Position numbers and translations under genes: made by a program
Shown: one piece after another, positions 18,728-28,405 of the stretch
Position numbering within the stretch: position 1 is the stretch's first letter
Layout of the letters: each line of letters begins with the position of its first letter
Origin: an uncultured Chloroflexia bacterium
GTDB lineage: Bacteria; Chloroflexota; Limnocylindria; QHBO01
Assembly: GCA_963805305.1 (NCBI GenBank)
Contig: CAWDTM010000008.1
Coordinates: forward strand, 628,620 to 692,619
Length of the DNA: 64,000 nucleotides
Direction: 5' to 3'
Notes under the pieces: model-generated
What the model was told of the DNA's origin: nothing
The model's input: the letters and a program-made list of their open reading frames with translations, nothing else
Database searches by the model: none

Positions 18728-19384
18728 GTGCCGATGTCCAGGCCATCCGAACGTGTCCTGCTCGGCCGCCGCCGGGGCGAGAGGCTGCGCCGGGAGCTGG
18801 GCACCGAGCTGCGACTCGCACGCCGGTCGGCGGGGTTGAGCATCGCCAGCGTCGCCGCGGCGTCGGGATGCTCGGCGGCCGAGGTCTGGCGGATCGAGCA
18901 CGCGGCCGCGTCGTGGGTCTCGATTCAGCGAGCCGCCGTCATCGGCTCCGTGCTTGGGCTCGATCTCACGATGCGGTGCTTCCCCGCCGGGTCGCCGCTG
19001 CGTGACGCCGCTCACCTGGCGCTCATCAGCCGGCTCCGCCCGCACGTCGCCGCGTGGCACGCCAGCCTGGAGGTTCCGCTTCCGATCCTCGGGGATCGGC
19101 GCTCCATCGACGTGGTGCTTTCGTCGGTCGCGGGCAGGATTGGGGTCGAGGCCGAGACGGCGCTGGTGGACATCCAGGCACTGCTGCGCGAGATGCAGCG
19201 CAAGCAACGCGATGCGGGCCTGGATCGCATGGTTCTCCTCGTCCTGCGGTCCAGGCGAAACCGCCTTGCCCTGCGCAGTGCCACGACCGCAATGGCCGAT
19301 GCATTCCCGGTGCCGGCGCGCGCGGTCCTTGGTGCCCTGCGATCCGGTCGGCTCCCGTCGGGAAATGGCATCGTGAGCCTTTGA
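18728..19384 (+). CDS. XRE-family HTH protein with conserved ~140-aa C-terminal domain (paralogue 1)
   Basis: HTH region (LRLARRSAGLSIASVAAASGCSAAEVWRIEHA), then an uncharacterised C-terminal domain ending RAVLGALRSGRLPSGNGIVSL. About 40% identical to the ORF at 49416..50069. Confidence 0.7.
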   Translation: MPMSRPSERVLLGRRRGERLRRELGTELRLARRSAGLSIASVAAASGCSAAEVWRIEHAAASWVSIQRAAVIGSVLGLDLTMRCFPAGSPLRDAAHLALISRLRPHVAAWHASLEVPLPILGDRRSIDVVLSSVAGRIGVEAETALVDIQALLREMQRKQRDAGLDRMVLLVLRSRRNRLALRSATTAMADAFPVPARAVLGALRSGRLPSGNGIVSL

Positions 19385-19597
19385 CAGGAGCCGTACCCGT
19401 GCCGTGACGCGGCACATCCGGCCCACGAGCGGCCCTTCCAGCCCCGGGACGGCTGCGAACCGCGCCCGTCGTTCCGCCCGACGGATCAAGCGCTCCGCGA
19501 GCCCGGGCCCGGAGTGCCTCGTGCGTCAGAAATCCCGCGGGGCGGCGGGGCGGCGGGGCGGGAGGAGCCGGGAGGGCCGGCGCGGGAGGTGCGTGCG

Positions 19598-20041
19598 TCA
19601 GAGGCGCTGCACGAGCCGGAAGCGCTCCGCGATGATGAGGGTGTCGTCGGTGACGTGCCAGTCGGGGTCTCCCAGCCAGGCACGCGTCTCGTCCGCGTAG
19701 TCGTGCCAGAAGCGCTCGTGGGCCTCGCGCCAATCCGCCACGGCGGCGAAGCCCTCACCCTCGTCGTGGGCGAACGACTCGTCGACGTCGCCCACCCGGA
19801 TGGCGCGCGCCTCGAGTATCTCGATGATCGCAACCGGCCGCAGGTCCGAGTCGATCACGACCTGCCGCTCCCCCGGCTGCGCGATGGCGTCGCCCTCCCG
19901 CTCGTAGTCGCTCAACAGGCCGGAGGTGGCCGTCTTCTCGCCGCGCAGGATGGCCGCGATCAGCTCCTCGCGCAGCGGACCCGGGAAGGCGAATTCCACG
20001 ACCGCCAGCCCGTCGATCTCCCGGGGCGCTTGGTCGGTCAT
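19598..20041 (-). CDS. ASCH domain protein
   Basis: 147-aa ORF with an ASCH-like beta-barrel signature (LRGEKTATSG...). Confidence 0.6.
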   Translation of the reverse strand: MTDQAPREIDGLAVVEFAFPGPLREELIAAILRGEKTATSGLLSDYEREGDAIAQPGERQVVIDSDLRPVAIIEILEARAIRVGDVDESFAHDEGEGFAAVADWREAHERFWHDYADETRAWLGDPDWHVTDDTLIIAERFRLVQRL

Positions 20042-21144
20042 GGGCCGATTGTCGCCGATGGCGCCTCCGCCACGAGCTCGCGCGCGCGGTCGATGGTCGC
20101 AAGCGCCGCATCGCGTTCCCGTCTCCCCAGCCCGCAGGAGGTCGCGACATCGACCCGCCGTCCCACGAGGGACTCGATGAGCGCCAGGGTCTCCTGCTGC
20201 TCTGCCAGGGGCCGCGATTCGTGGACGAAGCCGGCGATGAACCGGGTCTGCGACGGAAGCCGCAGCCCACGCAACGGAGTGTAGAACGCGGCCCCATCGG
20301 CGGTCGCGGGCGAGGGTGGGGGCAGGATGGCGGCCGCGAACGGGGCATGGATGAACTCGAGGCTGCGACCCGGCGGCCAGGCGTGCGCGATGGCGTTGGC
20401 GAGCCCCACGAGCGGGGTGACGTCCTTGAGCCGCGCCAGCGCCCGGTGATTCATGTCGCCGACGCAGAGGTGAATCCCGAAGCGCGTGCCGTCCGGCGAA
20501 CGCGCAGCGAGAGCGGCAACTCCCCCACCCAGCCAGTGCGCCACGAGCGGCTGGAGCGGGCCCGGGAATCGCGCGACAAAGACCAGCTCCGCCGGGATCT
20601 CGAGCTGGAAGACAACGTCCGGGCGCCCCGAAGCCTCTCGTCCCGCCAGCGACTGGATCTGCCGTATCTCAGCCAGCGTTGCATCGGCGAACGGGCGGCG
20701 ATGACGGAACGGCCCGGTGGGGCCGAAGACGAAGAGGGCCATGTCGAAGTCCCCGGGGATCCCCACCTGGAAGGCGAGGTCGCCGGCGCCGGGGACGCCC
20801 GCCTCGACCGCGGCCGCACGCCGCCGTACGAACGCGGGATAGGCGGCCTCGAACGGTGCCACGTGCCGGAGGTCCAGCGAGCCGGCACTCAGCCGGTGGC
20901 CTTTGCGCAGGCGGAAGACCGGGGTGCGGTCATAGGCGGACCAGTCGCCCTCCCTGGCGACCTCGAGGTCCGGGTGCGCCCGCAGCGCCTCGATGATGTG
21001 GATGATCCAGTTGCGGCGATCACCGGTCTCGCCGTCGGGGACGCTGTGCAGGTGCCCGCCCAGGCGGTCGAAGGCGATATCGATGGCCTCGTCGGCATCG
21101 GTGAAGGGGGTGCTGCCCACGAGGTGGGCGGCGCGGGTGGCCAT
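20038..21144 (-). CDS. hypothetical protein (MetE/UROD-like fold, tentative)
   Basis: Start set at MATRAAHLVGSTPFTD. No strong motif. 4-nt overlap with the ASCH gene. Confidence 0.4.
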   Translation of the reverse strand: MATRAAHLVGSTPFTDADEAIDIAFDRLGGHLHSVPDGETGDRRNWIIHIIEALRAHPDLEVAREGDWSAYDRTPVFRLRKGHRLSAGSLDLRHVAPFEAAYPAFVRRRAAAVEAGVPGAGDLAFQVGIPGDFDMALFVFGPTGPFRHRRPFADATLAEIRQIQSLAGREASGRPDVVFQLEIPAELVFVARFPGPLQPLVAHWLGGGVAALAARSPDGTRFGIHLCVGDMNHRALARLKDVTPLVGLANAIAHAWPPGRSLEFIHAPFAAAILPPPSPATADGAAFYTPLRGLRLPSQTRFIAGFVHESRPLAEQQETLALIESLVGRRVDVATSCGLGRRERDAALATIDRARELVAEAPSATIGP

Positions 21145-21442
21145 GGTGGTCCTCCATCGGGTCTGTCGCAGGAGAAGCAGGACAGTCGGCGGCGCTCCGC
21201 CGCGGGATGGAGGTGGACCGATGTCGGCCGGTCTACGAACCCTCACCCGAGCAGCGGGGCCGCCCGGGCATCGCCATCGTGGACCAGTGGGGGTTCCAGC
21301 GGGTCATGGTGCGCCGCAGCGTAGCACCCGTGGCAAGGGCGCCGCCCGCGCGTGTCGATTCGGCGGTGCGCCGTTCGTCGAGTGCACGAAGAGGCCGGGA
21401 CAGAGCTCCGGCAATCGACCAGCCCACAGGAGGCACACGGCA

Positions 21443-21781
21443 ATGGCGAACGAGGTCATCCACGTCGAGGTCACCGGGAGCGACGGAGAACGGCTCCAGC
21501 GTTTCTTCCGCGAAGTCTTCGGTTGGGAGATCGACACGAACAACCCGGGCGGCTACGGCATGTACCGCGGCGCGAACGGGATCACCGGAGGGTTCGGCGC
21601 CGCGCCGGAGGGACGGCCCGGCGGCGTCACCTTCTACGTGACGTCGGACGACGCGCAGGCAACGCTGGACCGCGTCGAGGCTGCGGGCGGCCGCGTCCTC
21701 ATGCCGCCCACCGAGGTGGCGCCCGACACCATCGTCGCGCTCTTCGCCGACCCGGAGGGCCACGTCATCGGCCTGATGTAG
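21443..21781 (+). CDS. VOC/glyoxalase family protein
   Basis: MANEVIHVEVTGSDGERLQRFFREVFGWEI...GGRVLMPPTEVAPDTIVALFADPEGHVIGLM. Confidence 0.6.
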   Translation: MANEVIHVEVTGSDGERLQRFFREVFGWEIDTNNPGGYGMYRGANGITGGFGAAPEGRPGGVTFYVTSDDAQATLDRVEAAGGRVLMPPTEVAPDTIVALFADPEGHVIGLM

Positions 21782-22140
21782 TCGCCCCATGGGTACCAGT
21801 CCCATTTCGTCTCTTGCGCCGTCGGGCGGCGTTCCGCAGACTCACGGGGAGACGCTCCGGAGGATTGGTCTTGCCTGCTGACCCATTCGCGACCCAGCCC
21901 GTGGCCACCGGCCTGCTGCTGGCAGCCCTTGCCCTGGCCACCTACCTGTACGGTGCCCTGCTCCGACGGCGCCATGCCCATGAGCGAGCCCTGGAAACGA
22001 GCCTGCACGCCATCGTGGACAACTACGGGCGCTCCGGCCTTCCCTAGGACCCGGATCGTCGTGTCCCGGTAACCGGGGCGTCATCGCGTCGTCACACCCC
22101 CGCGGCATCCTCGGCGGATGACGAGCACGAGGAACCCGCG

Positions 22141-22383
22141 ATGACTGCGAATCCGCGCCGCGCCCTGCGCCTGCTGGGCGCGGTGACCCTTCCGGTCGCC
22201 ATCGCGCTGGCCGCCTGCCAGCCCGCCGGCGCCACCGCCTCCCCCTCCGAAGCGATGATGGACCACTCGGCATCACCCTCGGAGGCGATGATGGAAGAGA
22301 CCGCCTCCCCCTCCGAAGCGATGATGGACCACTCGGCATCACCCTCGGAGGCGATGATGGAAGAGACGGCATCGCCATCGTGA
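22141..22383 (+). CDS. small lipoprotein with Met-rich tandem repeats (putative periplasmic metal/Cu-binding)
   Basis: Signal peptide plus lipobox (LAAC), then four copies of ASPSEAMM(D/E)(H/E)(S/T). Ends 36 nt before the CcdA-thioredoxin gene. Confidence 0.5.
   Translation: MTANPRRALRLLGAVTLPVAIALAACQPAGATASPSEAMMDHSASPSEAMMEETASPSEAMMDHSASPSEAMMEETASPS
22236..22380 (+). repeat. 2.4 copies of a 60-bp tandem repeat (coding)
   Basis: gcctccccctccgaagcgatgatggaccactcggcatcaccctcggaggcgatgatggaagagac is repeated head to tail. Confidence 0.7.
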
Positions 22384-22418
22384 ACCGCCGAGCAGCCGCC
22401 ACGGAGTAGCCGCCGCGC

Positions 22419-23729
22419 ATGGGCCTGGTCCTTGTTTTCGCGTTCGTGGCCGGGGTGCTGACCATCCTGTCGCCCTGCACACTCCCGGTCGTCCCGCTGC
22501 TGCTCGGGAGCGCGAGCGCCGGCGGCCGGCGTCGCGTCGCCGGCCTGCTCCTCGGGTTCTCGGCGATGTTCGTGGCCGTCACCGTCGTGCTGGCATCGAC
22601 CCTTGCGGCTGCCGGTCTCACCACCGACCGGCTCCGCCTGGCGAGTGCGCTTCTCCTTGGCGCCTTCGGCGCGGTCCTCCTGGTGCCCGCCCTGGGTCGG
22701 TGGGTCGAGATGCGCACCGGATCCCTGGCCCGACTGGGAACGACGCTCGCGGGCGCCGCGCCTCCCGGCGCAACGAGCCGCTCCGGATTCGCGGGCGGGG
22801 TCGTGATGGGCGCCGCCATCGGCCTGGTGTGGGCGCCCTGCGTTGGCCCCATCATGGCCGGCGTCATCGCCGTGGCCATCACCTCCGGGCCGTCGCTCCA
22901 GGCCCTGGCCATTGCCCTCGCCTACGTCGCGGGCGCAGCGATCCCGCTGGCGCTGGTCGCCGGCGCGGGGCGCGCGGCGGTCCAGGCGCTCGGCGGGCCG
23001 GAGCGGCGGGGGCGGCTTCAGCGAATCTTCGGGGCGGCCATGGTCGTCGTCGCGCTCGTCGTGGCCAGCGGCCTCGACGTTCCGCTGCAGGCGTCGGTGA
23101 GCAACCTCCTGCCTGATGGATGGGGCTCGGCACTCCTGGCGGTCGAGCAGCAACCGGCGGTGCAGGACGAGCTGGGCCAGCTGGGATCCGACGCCGGCGT
23201 CGCGATTGGCCCCACCACGGACGCCGACGGCAACCCGCTGCCAACGCCCGTGGCCTCCTCGCTGCCCGGGTCGGTCGGCCTGCAGGACCTGGGTCCGGCG
23301 CCTGAACTGACCGGAATCACCGACTGGATCAACTCCGACCCGCTGACCCTCGCCTCCCTGCGTGGCAAGGTCGTCCTCGTCCAGTTCTGGACCTTCGCCT
23401 GCATCAACTGCATCCACGTCCAGCCGTACGTGAAGGCCTGGTATGACCGATATGCCGCGGACGGCTTCGTGGTCATTGGCGTGCACACGCCCGAGCTCAG
23501 TTTCGAGCGCGAGATCGCCAACGTCCGCAGGGCGGTCGCCGATGACGGCGTTCGTTTCCCCGTCGCCTTCGATCCCGCGTACGCCACCTGGAATGCCTAC
23601 CACAACAGCTACTGGCCGGCGTTCTACTTCCTGGACAAGCAGGGTCACATCCGGCATACCCACTGGGGCGAGGGTGATTACGCCGGCTCCGAGCAGGTGA
23701 TCCGCCAGCTGCTGGCCGCTCCTGCCTGA
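22419..23729 (+). CDS. cytochrome c-type biogenesis protein CcdA (DsbD TM core) fused to thioredoxin-like TlpA/ResA domain
   Basis: N-terminal 6-TM CcdA region with the two conserved Cys (ILSPCTLPV...WAPCVGPI). C-terminal redoxin domain with CxxC (WTFACINCIHV). Confidence 0.8.
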   Translation: MGLVLVFAFVAGVLTILSPCTLPVVPLLLGSASAGGRRRVAGLLLGFSAMFVAVTVVLASTLAAAGLTTDRLRLASALLLGAFGAVLLVPALGRWVEMRTGSLARLGTTLAGAAPPGATSRSGFAGGVVMGAAIGLVWAPCVGPIMAGVIAVAITSGPSLQALAIALAYVAGAAIPLALVAGAGRAAVQALGGPERRGRLQRIFGAAMVVVALVVASGLDVPLQASVSNLLPDGWGSALLAVEQQPAVQDELGQLGSDAGVAIGPTTDADGNPLPTPVASSLPGSVGLQDLGPAPELTGITDWINSDPLTLASLRGKVVLVQFWTFACINCIHVQPYVKAWYDRYAADGFVVIGVHTPELSFEREIANVRRAVADDGVRFPVAFDPAYATWNAYHNSYWPAFYFLDKQGHIRHTHWGEGDYAGSEQVIRQLLAAPA

Positions 23730-23803
23730 CCCGCCTCGGCCGGGGAGGCTACAGGGCGTACTCCGGTTCGGGGGCCTCGTGGCTTTGCTTCGCAACGAGG
23801 GCG

Positions 23804-24160
23804 GTGGAGATCCGCGCTGGAAGCAGCGACCCACGCGGCACCATCGAAGGCCCTGAGTACGGTCGCGCCTGGCGCATGTTCGGCACCGATGCCGACGAGG
23901 ACAGCGTGCTGGCATGGTACCGGGCCGCCTACGAAGCCGACGGCTGGGAGCCGGATCGCTATGCGTTTTGCACGATGACCGATGGCAACGGCACGGAGCC
24001 TGGTTGGCGGAAGGGTGATCTGCGGATCGCCGTCGGGTTCATCGACCGTGACTGGGTTGTCCACCTGACACCCAGCTGGGAACCGAAACTGGCCGGTCAC
24101 GCGACGATCTACGAGACGATCATCTTCTACGAACCGCCGAGGGCGAGCCCGTCGGTCTAA
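23804..24160 (+). CDS. hypothetical protein
   Basis: 118-aa ORF. The competing minus-strand ORF 23678..24226 looks less protein-like. Weak call. Confidence 0.3.
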   Translation: MEIRAGSSDPRGTIEGPEYGRAWRMFGTDADEDSVLAWYRAAYEADGWEPDRYAFCTMTDGNGTEPGWRKGDLRIAVGFIDRDWVVHLTPSWEPKLAGHATIYETIIFYEPPRASPSV

Positions 24161-24233
24161 CGGCGCCTTCGCCTCGCCCGGAGCCGGCATCGCGTCGGCA
24201 TATCTTGACGGCGGGGCTACGATCATCTCTCAA

Positions 24234-24249
24234 CCAAACGTTCGTTTGG
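24234..24249. promoter_or_regulatory. palindrome CCAAACG-TT-CGTTTGG (candidate TetR operator)
   Basis: Perfect 7-bp arms 10 nt upstream of the tetR ORF. TTGACG lies at 24205. Confidence 0.4.
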
Positions 24250-24259
24250 CACGCACGAG

Positions 24260-24874
24260 ATGGAGCGCCGCGACCGGCCCATGACCACCATCACCCGTCC
24301 TCGCGAGACCGAGCTGTGGGCCGCCGCCACCCGCCTCTTCCGACAGCGTGGCTACCACGCGACCTCGATGCAGGACCTCGCCGAGGCGCTGGGCATGAAC
24401 CGCGGCAGCCTCTATCACTACATCGCCTCGAAGGACGACCTGCTGTGGTCGATCCTGGACCGGACCTTCGACCTCCTCGAGGAGCGAGTGGTGGGGCTGC
24501 TCGGCGGTGACGCTCCTCCGCTGGACCGCCTGACGGGCGCGATACACGCCCATCTGCGCATCGCGGCCGACCACGCGGACGAGATGAGCCTGATCCAGAT
24601 CGAGCTCCGGTCGTTGAGCCCGGAACGCCGCTCGCTGCTCATCGAGCGACGCGACGCGTACGAGGCTGCCTGGCGCCGGACCATTGGCGAGGCAGTTGCC
24701 GGCGGTTCCGTTCGCGATGTGGACGTGCGCCTGGCCGGCATCGGCATCCTTTCGGTCTGCAACTGGTTCACGCAGTGGTACCGGCCGGGGGGCGCGCTCG
24801 CGGTGGACGAGATCGCCGATGCCTTCGTGAGCCTGTTCGTCCAGGGCCTCGCGCCACGGGTGGATGCCGGATGA
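24260..24874 (+). CDS. TetR family transcriptional regulator
   Basis: N-terminal TetR HTH (LFRQRGYHATSMQDLAEALGMNRGSLYHYIASKDDL). Stop overlaps the fadN ATG (ATGA at 24871-24874). Confidence 0.8.
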   Translation: MERRDRPMTTITRPRETELWAAATRLFRQRGYHATSMQDLAEALGMNRGSLYHYIASKDDLLWSILDRTFDLLEERVVGLLGGDAPPLDRLTGAIHAHLRIAADHADEMSLIQIELRSLSPERRSLLIERRDAYEAAWRRTIGEAVAGGSVRDVDVRLAGIGILSVCNWFTQWYRPGGALAVDEIADAFVSLFVQGLAPRVDAG

Positions 24875-27177
24875 GCCAGATTGCGCGTCTGCGCAGCGTC
24901 GCCGTCCTGGGTGCCGGGACCATGGGAGCCCAGATTGCGGCGCTGCTGGCCGGGAACGGCGTGCGGGTGAGCCTCCTCGACCTCGATGCCGATGTCGCCC
25001 GCGCCGGGCTGGACCGCGCGGCCAGGCTGCGCCCGACGCCGTTCTACCTGCCGTCGGATCGCCGCAACATCCGGACGAACGGCCTTGACGACCTCGCCGA
25101 TGCCGTCACCCACGCCGACTGGGTGGTGGAGGCCATCGTGGAGCAGCTCGAGCCCAAGCGCGAGCTGCTCGCCCGCGTCGAGGAGGCGGTCGCCGAACGG
25201 GATCGACCACCCATCGTCTCGACCAACACCAGCGGAATCTCGATCAGCGCCCTCCTCGCCGGCCGCGGCGAGGCGTTCCGGCGGCGGTTCCTGGGCACCC
25301 ATTTCTTCAATCCGCCGCGCTACACCCGGCTGCTGGAGCTCATCCCGGTTGGCGGCACCGACCCCGCGGTGGTCGACCAGATGGCCGACATCGGCTCACG
25401 CCTTCTGGGCAAGGGCACCGTGGTGGCCCGCGATACGCCCGCGTTCATCGCCAACCGGCTGGGAGTCCACGGCCTGATGGTCAGCCTGCAGCTCGCCCAG
25501 GAGCTGGGTCTGGGCCCCGACGAGGTCGACGAGCTGACAGGAACCCTGATTGGCCGTCCGAAGAGCGCCACCTTCCGCACCCTGGACCTGGTGGGAATCG
25601 ACGTGGCCGTGGCGGTCGCGGACCACTGCCACGCGGATCTCGCCGACGACCCGCGACGAGACGATTTCTCCGTGCCGCCCCTCCTGCGCTCGCTCATGGA
25701 GCGCGGTGCGCTGGGCGAGAAGACCGGGGCCGGTTTCTTCCGCAAGGAGAAGGGCGAGATCCTGGCGCTGGACTTCGCGAGTGGTGACTACCGGCCGCGG
25801 CGTCGGGTCGAGTCGGGCGCGGTGGCGATGGCCCGCAACGAGCAGGACCTGCCGCGCCGCATGGCAATCCTGCTCAACGCGCAGGACACCGCCGGGGAGT
25901 TCCTGCGGCGGACCTTCAGTGCATCGCTGGGCTATGCCGTCGCCACGGGGCCGCAGATCGCGGATGACGCCCGCAGCATCGACAACGCCATGCGCTGGGG
26001 ATTCGGGTGGGAGCTCGGACCGCTGCAGCTGGTCGACGCGCTCGGCACGGAGCTGCGCACAGCCCTTCTCGGCGAGGCCGCCGGCGCGGCACCGGTCACG
26101 TACTACGCCAACGGCTCCGGCTGGAGCTTCACCGACGGCGAGCTGCGGCCGGTGCCCGCACGCCCGGGTGCGCTCGACGTACCGGACGCCCGGGACCGCG
26201 CCGCCGCCGCCGGCCTGCCGACATCCGCATCGGCCTCGATGCGGGAGCTGCCGGACGGCATCCTGGGCCTGGAGCTGCACGGCAAGCTCAACATCATCGG
26301 CCCCGAGACGATCAGCATGGTGCGACGGGCCGTGGAGCTGGCCGTGGACCACTACGACGGGCTGGTGATCGGCACCGATGCTGCAGACTTCTCCGCCGGC
26401 GCCAACCTGGCCCTCATGCTGATCGAGGCCGAGGAGGGCGAATGGGACGAGCTGGACCGGGCGATCCGCGCCTTCCAGGCCGCGACCGGTGCGATCCGCC
26501 ACTCCCCCATCCCGGTCGTCGTGGCGCCGCGAGGCCGAACGCTGGGCGGCGGCACGGAGTTCGTGCTGGCCGCGGATCGAGCCCAGGCGCTGATGGAGAC
26601 GTACATCGGCCTGGTGGAGGTGGGCGTCGGGCTCATCCCGGCCGGCGGCGGCTCGACGGCCATGGCACGCCGGGCCGCCGAGCAGCTTCCCCAGCGCGCA
26701 CACGCGGACCTCTTCCCCATCTTCCAGCACGTGTTCACGGGCATCGCCACGGCCCGCGTGGCCATGGGAGCGCCGGACGCTCGCGACTACCTCCTCCTGC
26801 GTGACTGCGATCCGCTGACTGCGGACCCGGACCGCCAATGGACCGATGCCGCCCGCACCGCCCGCGACCTCGCCGCCGCCGGCTACCGCGCCCCGGGCGA
26901 GACCCGCATCGCGGTGCTGGGTCGCCGGGGCATCGCTGCGGCCGAGTCGCTCACCTACAACCAGCTCGTCGCCCGCCAGATGAGCGAGCACGACCGGCTG
27001 ATCACCCTGGAGTTGGCACGGGTCATGAGCGGCGGCGACGTCGCGGAGGGAACCGCGGTCGGCGAGAACCACCTGCTGGGCCTTGAACGGGAAGCCTTTC
27101 TGCGTTTGCTTGGCGAACGGCTCACCCGGGACCGCATCCGGCACACGCTCAAGACCGGCAAGCCGCTGCGCAACTGA
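24871..27177 (+). CDS. fadN: 3-hydroxyacyl-CoA dehydrogenase / enoyl-CoA hydratase fusion (FadN/FadB-like)
   Basis: N-terminal Rossmann motif VAVLGAGTMGAQIA (3HCDH), C-terminal crotonase-fold region. 770 aa. Confidence 0.85.
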   Translation: MSQIARLRSVAVLGAGTMGAQIAALLAGNGVRVSLLDLDADVARAGLDRAARLRPTPFYLPSDRRNIRTNGLDDLADAVTHADWVVEAIVEQLEPKRELLARVEEAVAERDRPPIVSTNTSGISISALLAGRGEAFRRRFLGTHFFNPPRYTRLLELIPVGGTDPAVVDQMADIGSRLLGKGTVVARDTPAFIANRLGVHGLMVSLQLAQELGLGPDEVDELTGTLIGRPKSATFRTLDLVGIDVAVAVADHCHADLADDPRRDDFSVPPLLRSLMERGALGEKTGAGFFRKEKGEILALDFASGDYRPRRRVESGAVAMARNEQDLPRRMAILLNAQDTAGEFLRRTFSASLGYAVATGPQIADDARSIDNAMRWGFGWELGPLQLVDALGTELRTALLGEAAGAAPVTYYANGSGWSFTDGELRPVPARPGALDVPDARDRAAAAGLPTSASASMRELPDGILGLELHGKLNIIGPETISMVRRAVELAVDHYDGLVIGTDAADFSAGANLALMLIEAEEGEWDELDRAIRAFQAATGAIRHSPIPVVVAPRGRTLGGGTEFVLAADRAQALMETYIGLVEVGVGLIPAGGGSTAMARRAAEQLPQRAHADLFPIFQHVFTGIATARVAMGAPDARDYLLLRDCDPLTADPDRQWTDAARTARDLAAAGYRAPGETRIAVLGRRGIAAAESLTYNQLVARQMSEHDRLITLELARVMSGGDVAEGTAVGENHLLGLEREAFLRLLGERLTRDRIRHTLKTGKPLRN

Positions 27178-27190
27178 AGGAGAACGAGTC

Positions 27191-28405
27191 ATGCGTGACG
27201 CCGTCATCGTCTCGGCGGCCCGGACGGCGGTCGGCAAGGCGCCGCGCGGCACGCTGCGCGAGACGCCTCCCGAGGAGCTGGCCATGGCCGCCATCCGCGC
27301 GGCCCTCGAGCGTGCTCCCGGCTTCGATCCCGCTGAGGTCGAGGACCTGGTCCTGGGCTGCGCCATGCCGGAGGGTGCCCAGGGGCTGAACATCGCGCGG
27401 CAGGTGGCCCTGGGCGCCGGCCTGCCCGTCAGCGCCAGTGCCATGACCATCAACCGCTTCTGCGCCTCGGGCCTGCAGGCACTGGCGCTCGCCACCCAGT
27501 CCGTCCAGGCGGGCGTCCACGACGTGGTGATGGCCGGCGGGATGGAGTCCATGAGCTTCGTGCCCATGATCGGCCATCGGTTCACGCCCGACCCGCTCCT
27601 CGCTGATACCCGACCGCAGGTCTACCTGTCCATGGGGCTCACCGCGGAGAACGTGTCGGAACGATTCGGCGTGAGCCGCGAGGACCAGGATGCGTGGGGC
27701 CTTCGCTCGCACCAGCGCGCGTCTGCGGCGCAACGGGAGGGCCGGTTCCGTGACGAGATCACGCCGGTCGCCGCTCGGATCACCGAGGTGGATGCGGATG
27801 GGCGGCCATCCGCACGCGAGGCTGCCTTCGACGCCGACGAGGGGATCCGCCACGACTCCGATGCCGCCAGGATGGCGGCCCTGCGCCCCGTCTTCGCCAC
27901 CCGCGGCACAGTGACCGCCGGCAACTCCAGCCAGATGAGCGACGGTGCGGCCGCACTGCTGGTGATGACCGGCGAACGCGCCGCGGCGCTGGGACTGGAG
28001 CCGCTCGGGCGACTCGTGAGCTTCGCGACCGCCGGGGTCGAGCCCGCGATCATGGGGATCGGTCCCGTGGATGCTGTGCCCCGGGCGCTTCGCAAGGCGG
28101 GCCTTGCGCTCGATGACATCGCGATCACCGAGCTCAACGAGGCGTTCGCCGCGCAGGTCGTGGCCGTGGTCCGCCAGCTGGGGCTCAACGAGGAGACCAC
28201 CAACGTCAACGGCGGGGCCATTGCCCTCGGCCATCCCCTGGGCGCGACCGGCGCCAAGCTGACCGTGCAGGCGCTCGCCGAGCTGGCGCGGCGCGGCGCG
28301 AAGTACGGCCTGGTGACCATGTGCGTGGGAGGCGGGCAGGGCGCTGCGGGCGTCATCGAGTGGCTCGGCGGGCGCCAGCCCGCGCGGGCAGAGGAGGCGG
28401 CATGA
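27191..28405 (+). CDS. fadA: acetyl-CoA C-acyltransferase (thiolase)
   Basis: Thiolase motifs: NRFCASGLQA active Cys, C-terminal GLVTMCVGGGQGAAG. Confidence 0.9.
   Translation: MRDAVIVSAARTAVGKAPRGTLRETPPEELAMAAIRAALERAPGFDPAEVEDLVLGCAMPEGAQGLNIARQVALGAGLPVSASAMTINRFCASGLQALALATQSVQAGVHDVVMAGGMESMSFVPMIGHRFTPDPLLADTRPQVYLSMGLTAENVSERFGVSREDQDAWGLRSHQRASAAQREGRFRDEITPVAARITEVDADGRPSAREAAFDADEGIRHDSDAARMAALRPVFATRGTVTAGNSSQMSDGAAALLVMTGERAAALGLEPLGRLVSFATAGVEPAIMGIGPVDAVPRALRKAGLALDDIAITELNEAFAAQVVAVVRQLGLNEETTNVNGGAIALGHPLGATGAKLTVQALAELARRGAKYGLVTMCVGGGQGAAGVIEWLGGRQPARAEEAA

Noticed and set aside
19393-19415. Hairpin GTGCCG-tgacg-CGGCAC after XRE paralogue 1, considered as a terminator
   Set aside because: Only a 6-bp stem with no U-tract. 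Too weak to call.
21880-22047. 56-aa TTG-start ORF with one hydrophobic helix between the VOC gene and the lipoprotein gene
   Set aside because: No RBS or homology evidence. Could be chance.
22236-22380. Tandem direct repeats considered as a possible CRISPR or minisatellite
   Set aside because: The repeats are contiguous with no spacers, in frame inside a lipoprotein ORF, and encode a repeated peptide.
23678-24226. 182-aa minus-strand ORF overlapping the 23804..24160 plus-strand ORF
   Set aside because: Neither has recognisable motifs. The plus-strand one was kept at low confidence only because its composition is more protein-like.
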